Below are positions 13,001-28,000 of a DNA stretch of 64,000 nt, piece after piece. Numbering within the stretch: position 1 is the stretch's first letter; each line of letters begins with the position of its first letter. Source of the DNA: Hydrolagus colliei (taxonomy: Eukaryota); contig CM068748.1 in the NCBI GenBank assembly GCA_035084275.1, forward strand, positions 18,972,001-19,036,000, read 5' to 3'. The notes beneath the pieces are model-generated. The model was not told the DNA's origin. It did no database searches and saw only the letters and a program-made list of their open reading frames with translations. A program made the translations under genes and the position numbers.

Positions 13001-16000
13001 AAAATATTTAGTAGGTCGGGGTATTAATTGATATGGGGCAAGAACGGGTAAGTAAGAGGTGCAGATCAGCCTTGATCATGTAGAATGGTGGAACAGGCTC
13101 GAAGGGCTGAGTGACTTCCTGCTGTTCCTATGTTGCCAATATGTACCTTTCACAAATGATGAATGTTTCAAAGGATGTCACAATACCAGCAAAACTATTT
13201 TGGCTTATAGAGACCTTTCAGATAGGTTGGATAACATCTCAAAAGCACAGTACTGAGATTTGTTGATCACCAAACAATGTGGGTGGGGGCGGAGTGGGGG
13301 AAGCGGGAAGGAATTTAGACTGTTGACTGATGAAAGAGATACGATTTTGTGAAGGTTTTGAGGGCATGAGAGAGGGCAGAAGGCTAAGGGATTTGGGGGA
13401 ATGAGACCCAGGGAGAGTAATAACAGTTGGGGCCGGAATCAAAACCTATCTGGAAGAGAACGACTTTTCATTCCATTCACTATTGTTTCAGCCTTATTGT
13501 CCCCACCCTTTGGAACTCCATCCCACAATCCCTTTGCCTTGCTCTCTCCCTTGCCACCTTCAAGGTCTGATTCAAGACTTTCCTTTTCGACCGTGCTTTT
13601 AGTCGCCCTCCTACCTCTCTCCCCTCCCTCATCCCAATCCTGCCCCCCCATGCCCCCCCCATGCTCGGGTCCTGAAACCTCACTGTTCAGCGCCTTGGAA
13701 TGTCCTCCCGATGTGAAAGGCGCTCTACAAATATGATTTTGTTGTTGTTGTTTAAAACAATTGCTAGTTTATGCCATTTGAGTGATACGTTGTTTGTAAT
13801 TTTTCAAAGCAGCTTTGTTATTGAAACGAGCAAAAGTTTCTGTGTGCCAAAGAGAAACAAGTGGTTTTGTTTCTTTGAATCTCTAAGCATCCCTGATATA
13901 AACAGCAGGAGTTTTTGTGACTATTGCGATCAAAATCAAAATAATTACACATCTACTTAAAAATAGGAAAGCAATCCAGATGACTTAACAGTGGCTGAGT
14001 ATTGTCGTTGCAGAATAGTTTTAAATATATGTACCAATAATTTGGTACACAGAATCTTACAGGAAGCCATTCGGCCCATTGTGCCTGTGGTGGCTCTTTG
14101 AAAGAGCTACTAACCAGTCTCACTCCCCCACTCTTACCCCATAATCCAGCATTTCCACCCCCCCACCCCCCTTTTTCAGTACCTATCCAATTCCCTTTTG
14201 AAAGCTGATATCAAACGTGCTTCCACCACCCTTTCAGGCTGTGCATTTCAGACCATAACAACTCTCTGGGTAAAACAAAATTATCTTTGTCTCCCCTCTG
14301 GTTCTTTTGCCAATTATCTTAAATCCATGTCCTCTGGTTACTGATTCACCATACATTGACGCACCAAGTTGAGCTGAAGACCTCTGTTGCCTCGTTCCTT
14401 ACTTAAAAACCAGGCTGAAAATCAGCAAATGCAGAAATCACATTGTATACTGAATCTTGCCAGCTACCAGATGTGTTTCATTCCGACTCATGGGAACTCT
14501 GCGTCAGAGTGGAAATTATTACGCGGAAAACCATGCAGATTACATTATAGACACAGAAATGTAACAAACAAGAAACTCAAGTAACATCCATAGAATTATT
14601 TTGCCAACAAAACACGCAGATCACTAAGCTTCACAGTAGATCCTGTGCAGTGCTTTGAAACATTTCTTCAACATGAAAGGTGCTGGATAAATTCAGTTGA
14701 GTTGCAGAACTTTACAATGGATCTACAATGGTTCAAGTCTGTGTTCCTCCATTAGTGTACAAGCAAGTCATTTTAATGGCAATAGCAATTTAAATCCCAT
14801 CTGGTCATGAATCTTGAATGTTTTAAATTCTTGTTGCAAATAAAGGCTGTTTAGAGAAAACAGCACAAAGTAGTTGTATGAACCATCATAAATTATACTT
14901 CCTTGTATAACTCATGACAATTTTATCTACATATGGCATAAAATTTGCATGTACCGGTATATACATATATATATTAATATTTAACATCTGTGTGTGTAAT
15001 ATACCTCTATGTATTTCATGCATGTTAAGTTTGATATATGTTAGTCTGTATAATGTAACGAACACTGTGCATATAAAATCTAATAACAACAACTACAAAA
15101 TTACATTTGTATAGCGTCTTTCACGTCGGGAGGACGTCATAAGTTGCTGGAAGAGAATTGACTTAATATTTGTGGGTGAAATTTGTCCCACAAACAGTTG
15201 TGGTAATAAGATGCAGATTTTTGCTCTGTAAGCACAGGTGCGACAATCAAGTTGTTGTGTGTGCTGTGCCAATTTTAAGCTATTTACCACTTGTAATTCA
15301 GTGGTAAAACATAGGAATATATAAGACCAGGAAGTATCACTGTGATTCATCTGACTTGTCTCTCTTAGACCTTTGTTATTTTGCATTGTTGCTGCACACC
15401 CACTAGTATCATGGAGATTCTACCTAGGTCTAGATTTATTCTTATTTCTGTATTTATTTCTAATTCCCTTTTGAAATAGTCAACGTTATTCATGTCCCCT
15501 AATAATGTTAAGTCGTGCCTTGGTTGTTTGCTTATTTGTTTGTAGAACATTGCTGCACACAATTTGACCTTTGTGTTCACCTATAAAATACAGTCAATAC
15601 ACTTAACAAAATGTATTGACTGCGAAGCACTTTGAGACATCCTACCAACATGAAAGCGTTATATCAATTCCAAGAAAAATGGTGTTTGTGGAACTGTTAC
15701 TTGTCGCAAGGCAATTTGACTCTCATTGTGGAGATGACTACAAAGCAGTGATCTGGTTGAGAGGTGGAGTTCAAATGAGGTTGTAAACTTCAAAAGCAAA
15801 GCTTTAGTGCTTTTTTTGTTTTCATTAAGAAACGGAAGGTGAAGGGGGCAAAACCACATTGCAGGACACAACCAATAATTACTCATGGGAAAGAAGAAAG
15901 AGATAAATCAAAAAGCACATTGAGTGTCTTTCACACTCGAGATGAATATTTTGAAGCCACTCTTAGGATATCCACACACACATGTCACCTGTAACAGGTA

Positions 16001-19000
16001 ATGATAATTATCATTCCAGTAAATAGTGGACTATGCCAAATTCTCACATTTTTGGTTGAGTAACATGAACAATAATAATAATCCTTGCATTTGATATAGC
16101 GCTTTTCATGTCTTCTAGACGTCTCAAAGCGCTTCACAGAATATACTATCAAGTGAATTGACAGTATGTTTTGTGGGGAAATCATTGTAGTAGATCATTG
16201 TGCATCAATGTTTCCTTCCACTGTGAGAATACCACCAGCAAAAACATAATAAAATTGCCAGAATAAATAAAACTGGATATCTCGGTGTACAAGCTGTTCT
16301 GTTAATTTCATGGGTGATTTTATTTACGTTTTGGCTCTGTTCTGTGCCGGTAACATCTGTCAGTGTGGATGCTGATGGACTGCTGGTTTGTTCTGGGTTG
16401 ATCAAGTATGTTTTCATGCACAATTTACATTGCAGCTTTATTACCATTTAGGTGTTGATTGCCAAATTGCAGTTGTTTCACTGACCAGGGCATTGAGTGG
16501 CCACTGAATATAGCATTAATGATCAAAACAATTCTTGCATTTGATATAGTGCCTTATCAAGTTGAAACGTGTCAAAGCACTTCACAGAGTATATTGTAAA
16601 GTGAAATGACTGTATATTTTGTGGGTGAAACATAGCAGCCAATTGCATACAGTAGTGTCCCATAAGCAGTCATCGAATGAATGACCATTTTTTAATCATC
16701 TCTTTTATTACATACAGTAATCATTCTTAAAGTTGATATTGCGCCTTATTTACATCTTTGAGATGTCTCAAAAAGTTTGGTAGGATTTTACTGCAAAATG
16801 TAATAACTGTACATTGGTAGGCGATAAATTTATACATCTTCAATACAATTTACAGTTACACTTGTCAGAAGGGTGTCAGTAATTTCTTGAATAATAATTT
16901 AAATTACAGAGCTTGGAGGTGCCAAGGTGATAGGATTTGTACTGTGTTTTGGTTATGACACATAAGGCTCGAGTCTTGAGCAACATTAGATAGAGCTAGA
17001 TTTCAATGTGCTTTGCCAATCATTTTCACTACTTTTATAGAGTGCGGGGATGGCAAATTGCATTCAACATATTTTAAAGTATCAATTCACTTATTTGCTT
17101 AAGTTGGAAATTGCGCATGCTTGTTCGTCACAGAAAAGACTGTAGTTATTGATAGATTGATTATAAATTTGTGTTTTACAGATCCGGAAGTGTTAGAAAC
17201 CATTGGATCGAACTATATTCTTTTGTTGAGCAGCTGGCAGAGAAATTTTTGAGGTACCATTAATTCTTACTGCCTCGGTTACGATGTACAGACAGTTCAG
17301 TTAACGTATTTTGCCAAACATTGCGCATATTTTACTAATAATATTGCTTTCTCAGTCCTCAGCTGCGGATGTCTTTCATTGTATTCTCTTCGAGAGGTAC
17401 AACTCTGATGCGTCTAACTGAAAACAGGCAAGTAGCTGTTAATCACTCCAGTGTAGGGGGGAGTGGGGGATAAGCCTGTATATAATTTGTATGTTACTAC
17501 AGCTAGATTTCCTGGCAACTAGCTCTTTCTTTAACATAACATAAAAATAAAATTTTAAGTACAGTATGTTTATTTAATGCTTTTGTAAATCCAACACCCA
17601 AGTTTCGATAAAGTGTTTTTCTTTAAAAATAGAAGTGAACCCATATCATAAATACTGTATACTTATTTGCCCAGATTATTAAAATAATCAATTTTTATTA
17701 AAGGGAAACCATCCGCAAAGGGCTTGAAACACTTCAGAGAGAAGTGCCTGGAGGAGACACATTCATGCATGAAGGTTTCAAAAGGGTATAATTTGCCGTT
17801 CAAGTTTTGTACACAAACATCTTTGAAATGGTTTTTGCTTCTATAGAATGATTACTGGCTGTTGATAGCAACTGAATAACTTTGTTCTCATTTAAAACTC
17901 ACTGCAGGCAACAGAACAGATTTATCATGAGAGCATTGCAGGTGAGTTCAAGCCTTTCATCGCAACTAGCATATTTGATATGTTTTCCAAATATTTTCTC
18001 GTCAACAATAACAATTATTTGCGTAAGAAATACACACATAATAGATATTCCTGTTGCAGATGAAAGCTAGGAGTTTGAATCTCCACCCATCTATTGCATG
18101 AATTTAACTCTGCCTGTATTCCAGTGTATAAACAAACTGTTTAGCACCACAATCATTCTACAGTCATTCAAAGGTCTTTTCATACAGCAAAATTGATGTT
18201 TTCTTTTAATTGTTTTGCCTTATTTCACATTGATACTACACCTGAGTTAACAAAAGTGTTAAATTCTAGAATTGACCATCTATTCTTTCGTAATGTGCAA
18301 CATGACATTCTGTATGTTATTATCAGTATTTCTTTTTTAAAAAAAGGTTATTTATTTGCCATCTCCTGTCTCTGACAAGTCACAGAGTTGCCGAGAGCTG
18401 ACCTGCTCCCAGGCTTCTGCTGTCAATGCCACTCTTGGTTGCTAGGAAGTGGATGAAAGTGGCCTTGTGAAAACAAATCTTCCAATTTTCTTCTCTCTGG
18501 GGAAATGCCTAAACTCCACTTAGCAAATCCCTGCATAGTGCACCTGAGAGTACAAATTGAGTTAGATGGTTGGGTGGGGGGGTGGGGGAGAGAAATAAAG
18601 GAGATCCTGGCTAATTATTGATCAAGTTGAAGTTTTAGAACAAGGAGGATTGTAACTGTTAAAGAATACATTGTTTGAAAACCCTTTAGCAGTTCTGTGC
18701 AGTTCATGTAGCTCAATAAATCTTTGGTTCAGTTTACATAAACTATTCTGCTAAATATTTGCAGCAAAATTAGTTCATTGATTATGCAATTGGACCTGCA
18801 AAAGCAATTCCAGTAAGAATGAGCATCATCTCATGGTTTCATGGCAAGTCAATGAAGTCAAACACAGATGGATTTGATACAAGCTACAAGTTTCTGATAG
18901 AAGATAAAGTTAAATCAGAATATCTCTGACTTGGTATTGGGTTATTTGAGGGGTTAAGCAGCACATGGCAGAGGAGGATAAGTCATCAGCCCAAGATGGT

Positions 19001-22000
19001 TATTTTCTTGTGCAACTGATAATCAAAATGTACATGCCATTTATAGCAGAGTCACTCTGGACCGTTTGGGGTTTGTACAGTAACTCATAAAACTAGTCTG
19101 TTTTTAGTGCCAGCAATTTTAGCAGCAGGCAGACAAAACTGGCTGCAGAAAAATATGGCTTGCTCCAGCTTGATGAAGCCTGGTATAACCAATACAGTGA
19201 AACGTCTTTCCCGATGTGAAAGGCAATAGCACTATACTGAATGGTAGGATTATTATTATTACAGAGGAGAGTGAAGGGGGCTTGGCTGGCCAAGCTGCTG
19301 GTGATCGCAATTTGTTGGCTTCTTCAGCCTTCACTTTCAACACTTTACTTTACCAGCTCAACAACACCAACTTGCATTTGTAAGTTGTAGAGAACTAAAA
19401 TACACCTATTGCACCTTCAGTTATATGGCTTTCTAAGTTTTTTTTAACTATAGTATTAACTCATCAAGGAACAAAATACTACTTCTGAAATTACAATTCC
19501 AGGGATGCGAGCTGCCAGTGTCATCATTGCTTTGACAGATGGGGAATTAATCGACAGGTTATATGATCACGCAGAAGTAGAAGTAAGTGCAGAAGTATTC
19601 ACAGCAATAGAAAAAGTTTCCAGTATCTAATTTACTTTCAATACCAAGTCAATTGGATACTAATGTGTTTTTCTTTCATTAGGCGAAAAGGGCCAGGGAC
19701 TTTGGAGCTACTGTTTATTGTGTTGGTGTGAAAGACTTCAATGAAACCCAGGTAAATTTGTTTGCAAATTGCTGTAGTATGATACGTAGAGTATGATACT
19801 GTGGCTTACATATCATGTGGAGTCCGGTAGTGTATTGTCTAGAGCAGTGGTTCTCAACCTTTTTCAGTAATGTACCCCTTGTTAAATTTCAACGTTATCG
19901 TGTACCCCCACCCAACTACACACACACACATCACCCCCCTCATTCCACTTGCATGTTATGACCAAGCTTTTCTTATATAACAAAATTACTAGCACATACA
20001 AAACGAGGGGAATAGCAATTAAATATACAATTTGGAAAGTTATAAAACCTAAATAAGAGAGCTAAATAAATCAATGTACCCACTGGAAGTAATTTTGTAC
20101 CCCCTGGGGTACATGTACCCCTGGTTGAGAATCGCTGGTCTAGAGCCTTGGAGGTGAGGGGATCCAGGTTTGATTCCGGGGTGGGGTGAAACCTTATCAT
20201 CCTTACTCCACAAGCCTCTGCTTAACCAGCACTAAGTAGGAACATGGTTGTTTGTCGATTAGCAGATCACTTTCCAGGGATAATTTTGCCCAATTCGCTG
20301 CCAAGTTTCGCCCACAAATTGCACAATCGCTTCACTTTACAATGTATTCTGCGAAGTGCTTTTCGATGTCACAATGACATGATAAGGCACTATTTCAAAT
20401 GCAAGGGTTATAATTATTATATTGCCATGCTTGTTTAATGCTGCGTTTAGTTGTAAGGTTTGATGAACAAGGTGCTTCAAAGTTGTTTTCAAATGAAGAA
20501 ATAAAACTGATGGACACTGTCCTTGCAGAATACGCTTGTACCCGTTGTAACCCAAAACCGTCTCTCTTTTATAGTTGGCAAAGATTGCTGATAGCATAGA
20601 TCATGTATTCCCAGTAACAGGTGGATTTCAAGCATTAGGAGGTATAATTGATTCGGTAAGTGCAGTCCACTGGAGGCTGTCAGTGGCTTTTCATTCTCAC
20701 TGTGCCTGCATGCATTTGGCACTTTATCAAATGGTTTCCTTATGGAAAGTTTGTGAGTTGAGCCTTTGAACACCATTCAAACTTTTCATTGCCCCCCCTC
20801 CCCCCCACCCCTTGTCTGTGTCAACAGATCCTAAAGAAGTCCTGCATTGAAATTCTTGCAGCTGAGCCATCGAGTGTCTGCGCTGGGGGTAGGTGTAAAT
20901 GTACCAAACCTGAAATTTACTAAATGAAGAAAATTGAAAATGGTGATTTGTAATACTTTACATCTTTTTAGTCCTGTCTCCAGACAGAACAAAGTGACAC
21001 GTTAGAGACAAGATGTTGCTTATTCATTTGAGAATAACAGTCTGAGGGACTTCAGGGTGGGTTTATTGGAAGGATGAGATTAACTTGACAAAGGGCCTGC
21101 TCCATTCGAACCAATCTTGTGATCCTGTAATAATGAGCCAAGGGTCTTCTTCATCGGAACTTGCCTTGTCCTGTACTGTTTTGGCGGTGGGCACAGGCAT
21201 GGCTGAAAAAGAGGTGGCAAGGTGGAGGGATAGAGGAATAGTGTTTACAGGAGTAGATATTCTTTGTAAAGTCTTCTGCTCCACATTTTTGTAAAAAAAA
21301 CAAGTTTGAATACCAGTTGGCTTGTGCAGGGTAAAGATTGTCTACAGATCCCATGAGATTAGGTCGGTCTGTTAAAACACACAGCTGTGGATTGCAAAGA
21401 ATGCTGCTGCAGCCTAACTAGATAGCATAGTTATATATAGTATATTATAAAATAGACATATATATACCTGTCTATTTTGGAGTATGACTTGATGTTACAA
21501 TTTTGCTACTACAGTATATCTTAAATCCAACCCAGGTAGAATTTCTACCCAAGAACATTTTACCATTCAAAGTTTCCAGTGTAAACAAGACTTTTGTAAA
21601 TGTTCAGGCATGGGACAGAGATGGACCAGTCACCATTAATTGTCCTGAAAAGGGATAGAGTTCATACAACATAACATCAGCAACTACAGTATCTTTTTCT
21701 TAGGACTTCACACAACACCCCCACTCAATTAAATCTATGGAAGCCATCCCTAAACTCTGACAGTAAATATTCCCTGAATGTAATCAACTAACTGAACATT
21801 GCAAACAGAAGCAATCCTTCATGTTTATTTTAGACAGAGGACATGCTTGTAAACTGGGGTCTGGTGAGGTCATTTAGCTGGTTAAGAGTGATATTAAGGA
21901 TATGCTTCTACTCAGCCTGATTGTGGCTTCCAATCAGATCACTTGCAAAAGAAGTGTTGCAATATCCCCTGCTTTAAACAATCTTGCAAGCATCAAAAAT

Positions 22001-25000
22001 TGGCCATTTAGCTCTGTGCCATGTCAAATTAAATAAAACGAGCCAGATGTAGCTTACATTATATCTATTATGAAGGTATATTGGTTCATAGAATTATAGA
22101 GGCTACATTGGAGGAACAAAACAAGTCATTTGGCCCATCAAGCCTGCACTTGCTGTTTTTCTCCACATGAGCCACCTAATCTAATCCTGCTCTGTTGTTT
22201 GCTCCCCCGCACTCATTAATATTCCTATCAGGCCAATTCCCTTTGAATAAATTCATGGACTCTGCTGCAACAACTGTTTGCGGGGAGAGAATTCCACATT
22301 TCATTCCCTGTATTTCTCTCTCTCTCAACTCCTTTTTAACCCAGAGATAATAGTTTTGCCACTGATTGAATAGTGGTCCTAATTACATGTGATTCAGCAA
22401 CTACTGTACCTTGTCCTTTGAAATATACTCCCAATACTCTACTTAATCAGTTTTTATTTCCTGTTTATAAACCAAACTCTTTGACCATGTGTCCGATAAC
22501 CTTCCTGTCCTCCAATTATTTTGTAGCACTATGAGACCTTATCTTATGCAAAGGGAACTATATACAGTAACTACTAATTGTTGCTATTGTTGATTAACAC
22601 TTTCATTTTAAAAGGCAAAGCACATACTAAATATTGTTCAGCTTGTCAGAAAGGGCTTCAATTATCTGAGGGGCAAAACATATCATGATAAAATAAATGT
22701 TATGGGGTCTGTTTTCTTAAAAAAAACCTTAGCAGTCAAACTTAACTGAATCCGATTGGCCTATTTAACAGTACACACAGTACAGTATACACATTAGATG
22801 TTATTATCCAGCATCAAATTGTTTGATTTCTGTGGTAGCATTTTACACATTAAAAAAAACCACAGAACAATTTCTGTGGCAAAATACAAATGATGGTATT
22901 TACAGGGTTTCATTTATTCATCAGATAATGAATGAAAGACTCTTTTCTAGAATCATAATTTATAGCAGTCAGTGCTGGCAGTAAAGAGGATTTTTTTGTT
23001 GTTGCGCAGGATAAAATGCATTCATGTGATTTGAGGCAACTCAAAAGGACATGAGTTGCTCAATGAATAAAGGATGATCTAATTTGTATTATCTGGTTGT
23101 TCTTTTGTTTAGTCTGACCCTCTTATTTTTCAAAAAAAAACCACGGGCATTCAGAAATGAAAGCATTGTGCTTTTTGGATTTCTGTCTTAAACCACGCTC
23201 TATAAAGTGTAGCTAAATGTTTGCGTGGCCTAACCTGTCAATGTAGAGTGTGCACTGAGAAGGGTGAAAATAATAAAAAATGGCATTGCTGAGTTGTGAC
23301 AGACATGTGTGAAGATATCCTTGCTTTTAGAACATGCCACTTCATGCTTTCTGCCTGCATATTGATGGATTCGGGGACAAAATTTTCATCCCGCGAATCC
23401 TGATATGGAGCAATGCACTGCTATCTCAGTAATAAGGCTGATTTAAAATGACCAGGACATGCAGCCTGTAAAACAGGCCATCAATTTGGAGTTGGAGGTG
23501 CATTGTATATAAGTTGACAGCATCATTGCTTTGATTATGCTCATGGTACACAGACATGATTGAAAGGTTTTGCTGGATGTGGCATCCTACTGGCCACGTC
23601 AACCACCAGGTGTGGATGCAAACAGTCAGCTCCTCATCAGAGTCACAAGAGCAAAGCCGACAGCACAGCCAGCGCGCACCAGCTTCAACCCACCATCTTG
23701 CTGCCAGCGCTGCCCGATTATTTCAGAGCTGACCTTTTTCCCTTCGCTATCTTGTCAAAATCGACAATGTACAATCTGACAGTAACTAAGGAAGAAAAGG
23801 ACTCGGTCACAGCCAGGGCCTGAAATTAAATAGAATTAGCCATTTCAGCATTCAGCTTTCATATTAATCACGTACAGCTTGGCTCGGGTAAGAGGGAGGA
23901 TTTGATTTGCAGGCTGGTCCGCCATTTGAACGCGTAGGGGAATTTATGTAAAATCGAACTGGATTCCTTTATTACAATGACATTTACTGGAGAAGTGTGC
24001 TGGTTGCTAGCTGACAGAGAGGAGTCTTTTTTTTGCACTGTACCTCAGCTGACAAGGCAAGTGGAGCATCAGAAGAGCAGTGGATGGAAACTGCAATGAC
24101 GTGATTAAACCCTGTGACATTAACCACAGTGCAGTTTACAGTTTGCATGTTCACAGCTTTGTTTGGCCTGTGCCAGCCATTTTTTCTCTCTAATTCGATT
24201 GCTCATGCTGAAATCACCATCGCTAAAATAACCTCCTCTATTGAAGATGTTTATTATTATTTTTTATGGGGGGAGCCTATTTAACCCTATTAATTATTCA
24301 GGTGCAATTGTAAAATAGTTGGCTGTTATAAATGTTTGCCAAGACCATGGGTTGGATATGAATGAAGTGCCAGTAATGTTTATTTAGTCAGCAAGATGGG
24401 AGAAGGAAGAGGATAAATAAAGTTTGCATAATGTGCAGAAATTCTGACACTGGTGCCAAATGTAAGATCCAAAATATCTTCTGGTGTTTCCTGTTGTAAT
24501 ATGTTGTTGAACTCAGTCTTTGAAAAATGGAATTGGTTTAATGTCATGGGAAGGTACCATCAAGGGTGCATTTGTTTCCAATGGGATGTGAAAGAATGCA
24601 GTATTATGTTTTGTCTTTGTGCAAAGCAAGCTCTGGAATTTGTAAGACTCTTGGTTTGGATGAAATACCATTAGAATGCTGTAATTAACAAACCGGGATA
24701 GCTGCTCACCACAGCAGTGTATGCAAGAGGTTTGCAGTCTATAGGCAGGGCATCAAGTACATTTTTTGGATAACATAATCATGCTTTGGAACACTACTCT
24801 GCCTGAGAGGGACGCTACTCTGTTGTATAGATATAAGCTGTTGTTGTTGTGCTCATCACGGTGGTCGATGCGTTTAGTGGTTGAGTTCATGTATTTTATC
24901 TCATTCTCGGACCAGGCCTGTGGCTCTAATCTCAAGCACATATTCAATCAAAATATATTACGCGTTTAAACAAATTGTTATCTGAGGTGATTGAGTTATT

Positions 25001-28000
25001 TCCTCCGTTCTTCCGATTCAACGTCTCGGGAACATTATCGAAACGAAAGCCAAGTGAAATACAGTTTATTTTAAAAGCCAAAAGGCTATTTACTGTTCAT
25101 TGAAAGGAAGATAAGATATCAGCCAAATACGTTTTGGTCAGAATTAATTGCTACCAACATCTCCATTGTTGTAGCACGTGACTACCAGGAGGGTAGAATG
25201 CAAGCTAAGTGGACCTTGGTCTTTTTTCATCTAGCGATTCCTATGTTCTACTGACTTATATGGGCACTAAAATCATTGTAAGACATTCAGGTCGGTTCAT
25301 TTTGCAGTGTTTGTTAATGGAAGAGTCCTGTTGACCACAGTTAGGGATATTGATCACCTCAAAGTAGAGTTCCTGCACTTCCAGATGTCCCCCTTTGAAC
25401 TGCATTAAAATACTGTAAATTAGACCTTTTTGTCAGCAGGGATTCCAGTGTTAGAACATAAAACACCTCGGGTTGATAAGGTACACTTAATATTTATTCA
25501 ACCAATGCAGATAAGTGAATTGCCAGTCATAAAGTTGATATGCTTTGGTCTCATGCTTTAAAGCCACCTTTTACACAGCTCATTGTGAAGAAAAGCATCA
25601 CTGCCCCTTTGCCATTGCAAAGGCACATCAGGACAAGATGAAGAATTTAGGTTAGGAAGGACAGACTGCTTTGATAGAAACAAAGTAGATAAACAAGTAG
25701 ATAAACAAAAATGCATGTGAAGCGTATTGAGATAATATAAAAGAATACGGTTGTTATAGTGCTGACAAATATTTCCACTATTTGTCCAATGCAATAAACA
25801 TAAGATTTATATGGTATGTTGATTTGATTACAGAATCCTTTCAAGTTGTTGTACGAGGAAATGGATTCTCTCATGCACGGAGTGCAGATCAAGTGCTTTG
25901 CAGCTTCAAGATAAATGAGACAGAGACGATAAGTAAGTATCGGTCTGACATTACAAAGTAATGTTTTTGCAGCATTCAGATCTATTACTCAGAGCTGATC
26001 ATAAGTGAGATCTGGTGCAGAGGAGACGACAAGGATGATCCCCAGTGTTCGTGGGATCAGCAACGAGGATTGACTAGACTAGACAAGCTAGAGCTTCCAT
26101 CCTTGACAATGTGTTACCTTTAATGTTAGGCCTTTTTAGTATTGTCTGTTGTAGCCAGAACATCACCAAGGCAGCAGGGCAAAGAGGACAAAGATTTGGG
26201 TCTGATTTCTAAGAATTTCATGGGATTGAGATGGAATCCCATTTAAGAGGAATACGTTCAGATATGACAAGGCATCAAAACAAGAAGGCACAAGTAGAAA
26301 TATGTAAAAACATAGTTGTTAATATTATAGTGAATAATGTAAAGTGTTTGCGGCATATGATATGTCAAATGCAAGCAATATTATTATTACAACTAACCCA
26401 GAGGGTAAATAATGACTGGAGCAGGTGATCAGGAAGGGTGGTTGAGGACAGAACACTGGAACTCATTCAAACAAAAGCTTGAGGCAGTCATGGGAGGATC
26501 TTAGGGTGGATTTGTTCTGGAAGAATGATATCAGTGGGCCAAAACTCCTTCTTCATCCAAATCACACTTGTGATGTTTAAGATAGACACCAGAAAGTATT
26601 CATTTACAGAGGAGGAATAATAGCTGCAATAAGTTAGCAACAAGGGTTGTTGAGGCCAAGACTGGGCTCATTGAAACAGTTTAATGCTGTGTTGGAAAAG
26701 TAGTAGGGTAGATACTCTGGGAACATGAGAGCAAACGGACTGAAGGGCCCTTTTCATCTGTACCTCTCATGGTATTGGTGAGTAAACTTGACTTAACTGA
26801 AATGAAGTCCATAATAATGTGAGAGTGGACAGAAGTGCAGAGGTTCACAGATTTGCCTGCAATATTTCCACACAGCGAATCCATACTTCAATTGGGTTCA
26901 AAAGCCTTCAGTTTCATTCCGGGTTCAAAAGCATTTAGTTTGATAACGATCCTCGAAGCAGCTAAACAACAAAAAATTGCACTTATATAATAATTCCTGT
27001 CACTTTGGTCCTAAACTGGATTCTGATATATCACTGCGATACTTATGGGCCCAATTCTTAATACAGCATCTATTGGCAGCCATTGTTGAAGTGTATTTCT
27101 GAAGGGGTATGCTGTGTGTTGAAGAATGCTTATACATGTAATATTCATGTCATTTTATTGCAAAAGGCTAAAAAGCTGACAAAACTCTCAACTGAGAAGC
27201 CCACATTCAAACCAGAGCCTCGGCTTTTGTTTACCTGTAACAGTCCTGCAGAAGATAAAACTGTCCATTAAACCGCATCTTATACCCTTGAGAGCATCTC
27301 CTAAACGGTCACCTAAAGATCAGAACTGGGACCGTTTGTACCCAGAACAGGTCTTTCTGTAATGTTCTTAATGAGGCAGGCACACAAATCAGCTTCTAAA
27401 TATATTGCCTGACTCAAAGCTCCAGAGATCCTTGAAAGGAGCACAGGGCATGTGGGAAGGAACTCAGTCAGATTGCGGTCATGGCTCCAGGCAAGAGGTC
27501 GGTGTCTGAGTGGAGATCCACATCGATGCTTATAAATCCTTTTGCAAATTTCGTAAATTGGACCCTGGTCCCTGTTATGATTTATGAAGGCAGAGCAGAG
27601 TGATGCAACTGTGCAGAGTTGGTGGGGCAAATAACCCCTTTAGGTTATGGGTACGTGGAAACTTTGTACCTGGAGCTTTCCAAGCCTGATGTTATCGCAT
27701 TTCAAAGCTATGGATTCATGAAGGGTTTTCTCAGAGCTTGCAGCTGTCTGTAGTTGTGTGAACTTGGTGTCTGCCTCTGGGCTTTTCCAATTATACACAG
27801 AGTTAAAGGAATATTTATTTCAACCATGTAGTGAATATTCATCCAGTTAAGCATCCCTAAGATAAAATGGGTCGTTCACTTCGAGGCTGTCTGTGGGATA
27901 TTGCTCAACAAAAACTGGCTGTCAGATTCATCAACAAAGTACGGTCACTACACTTTTTACCGTAAATCCTGTGAAGTGCTTTGAGAAATCCTTCTGACTT

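Noticed and set aside
23600-23650. Minus-strand CTGATGAG as a possible intronic hammerhead (also near 33465)
   Set aside because: No GAAA after a closing stem II, so the catalytic core cannot be completed.
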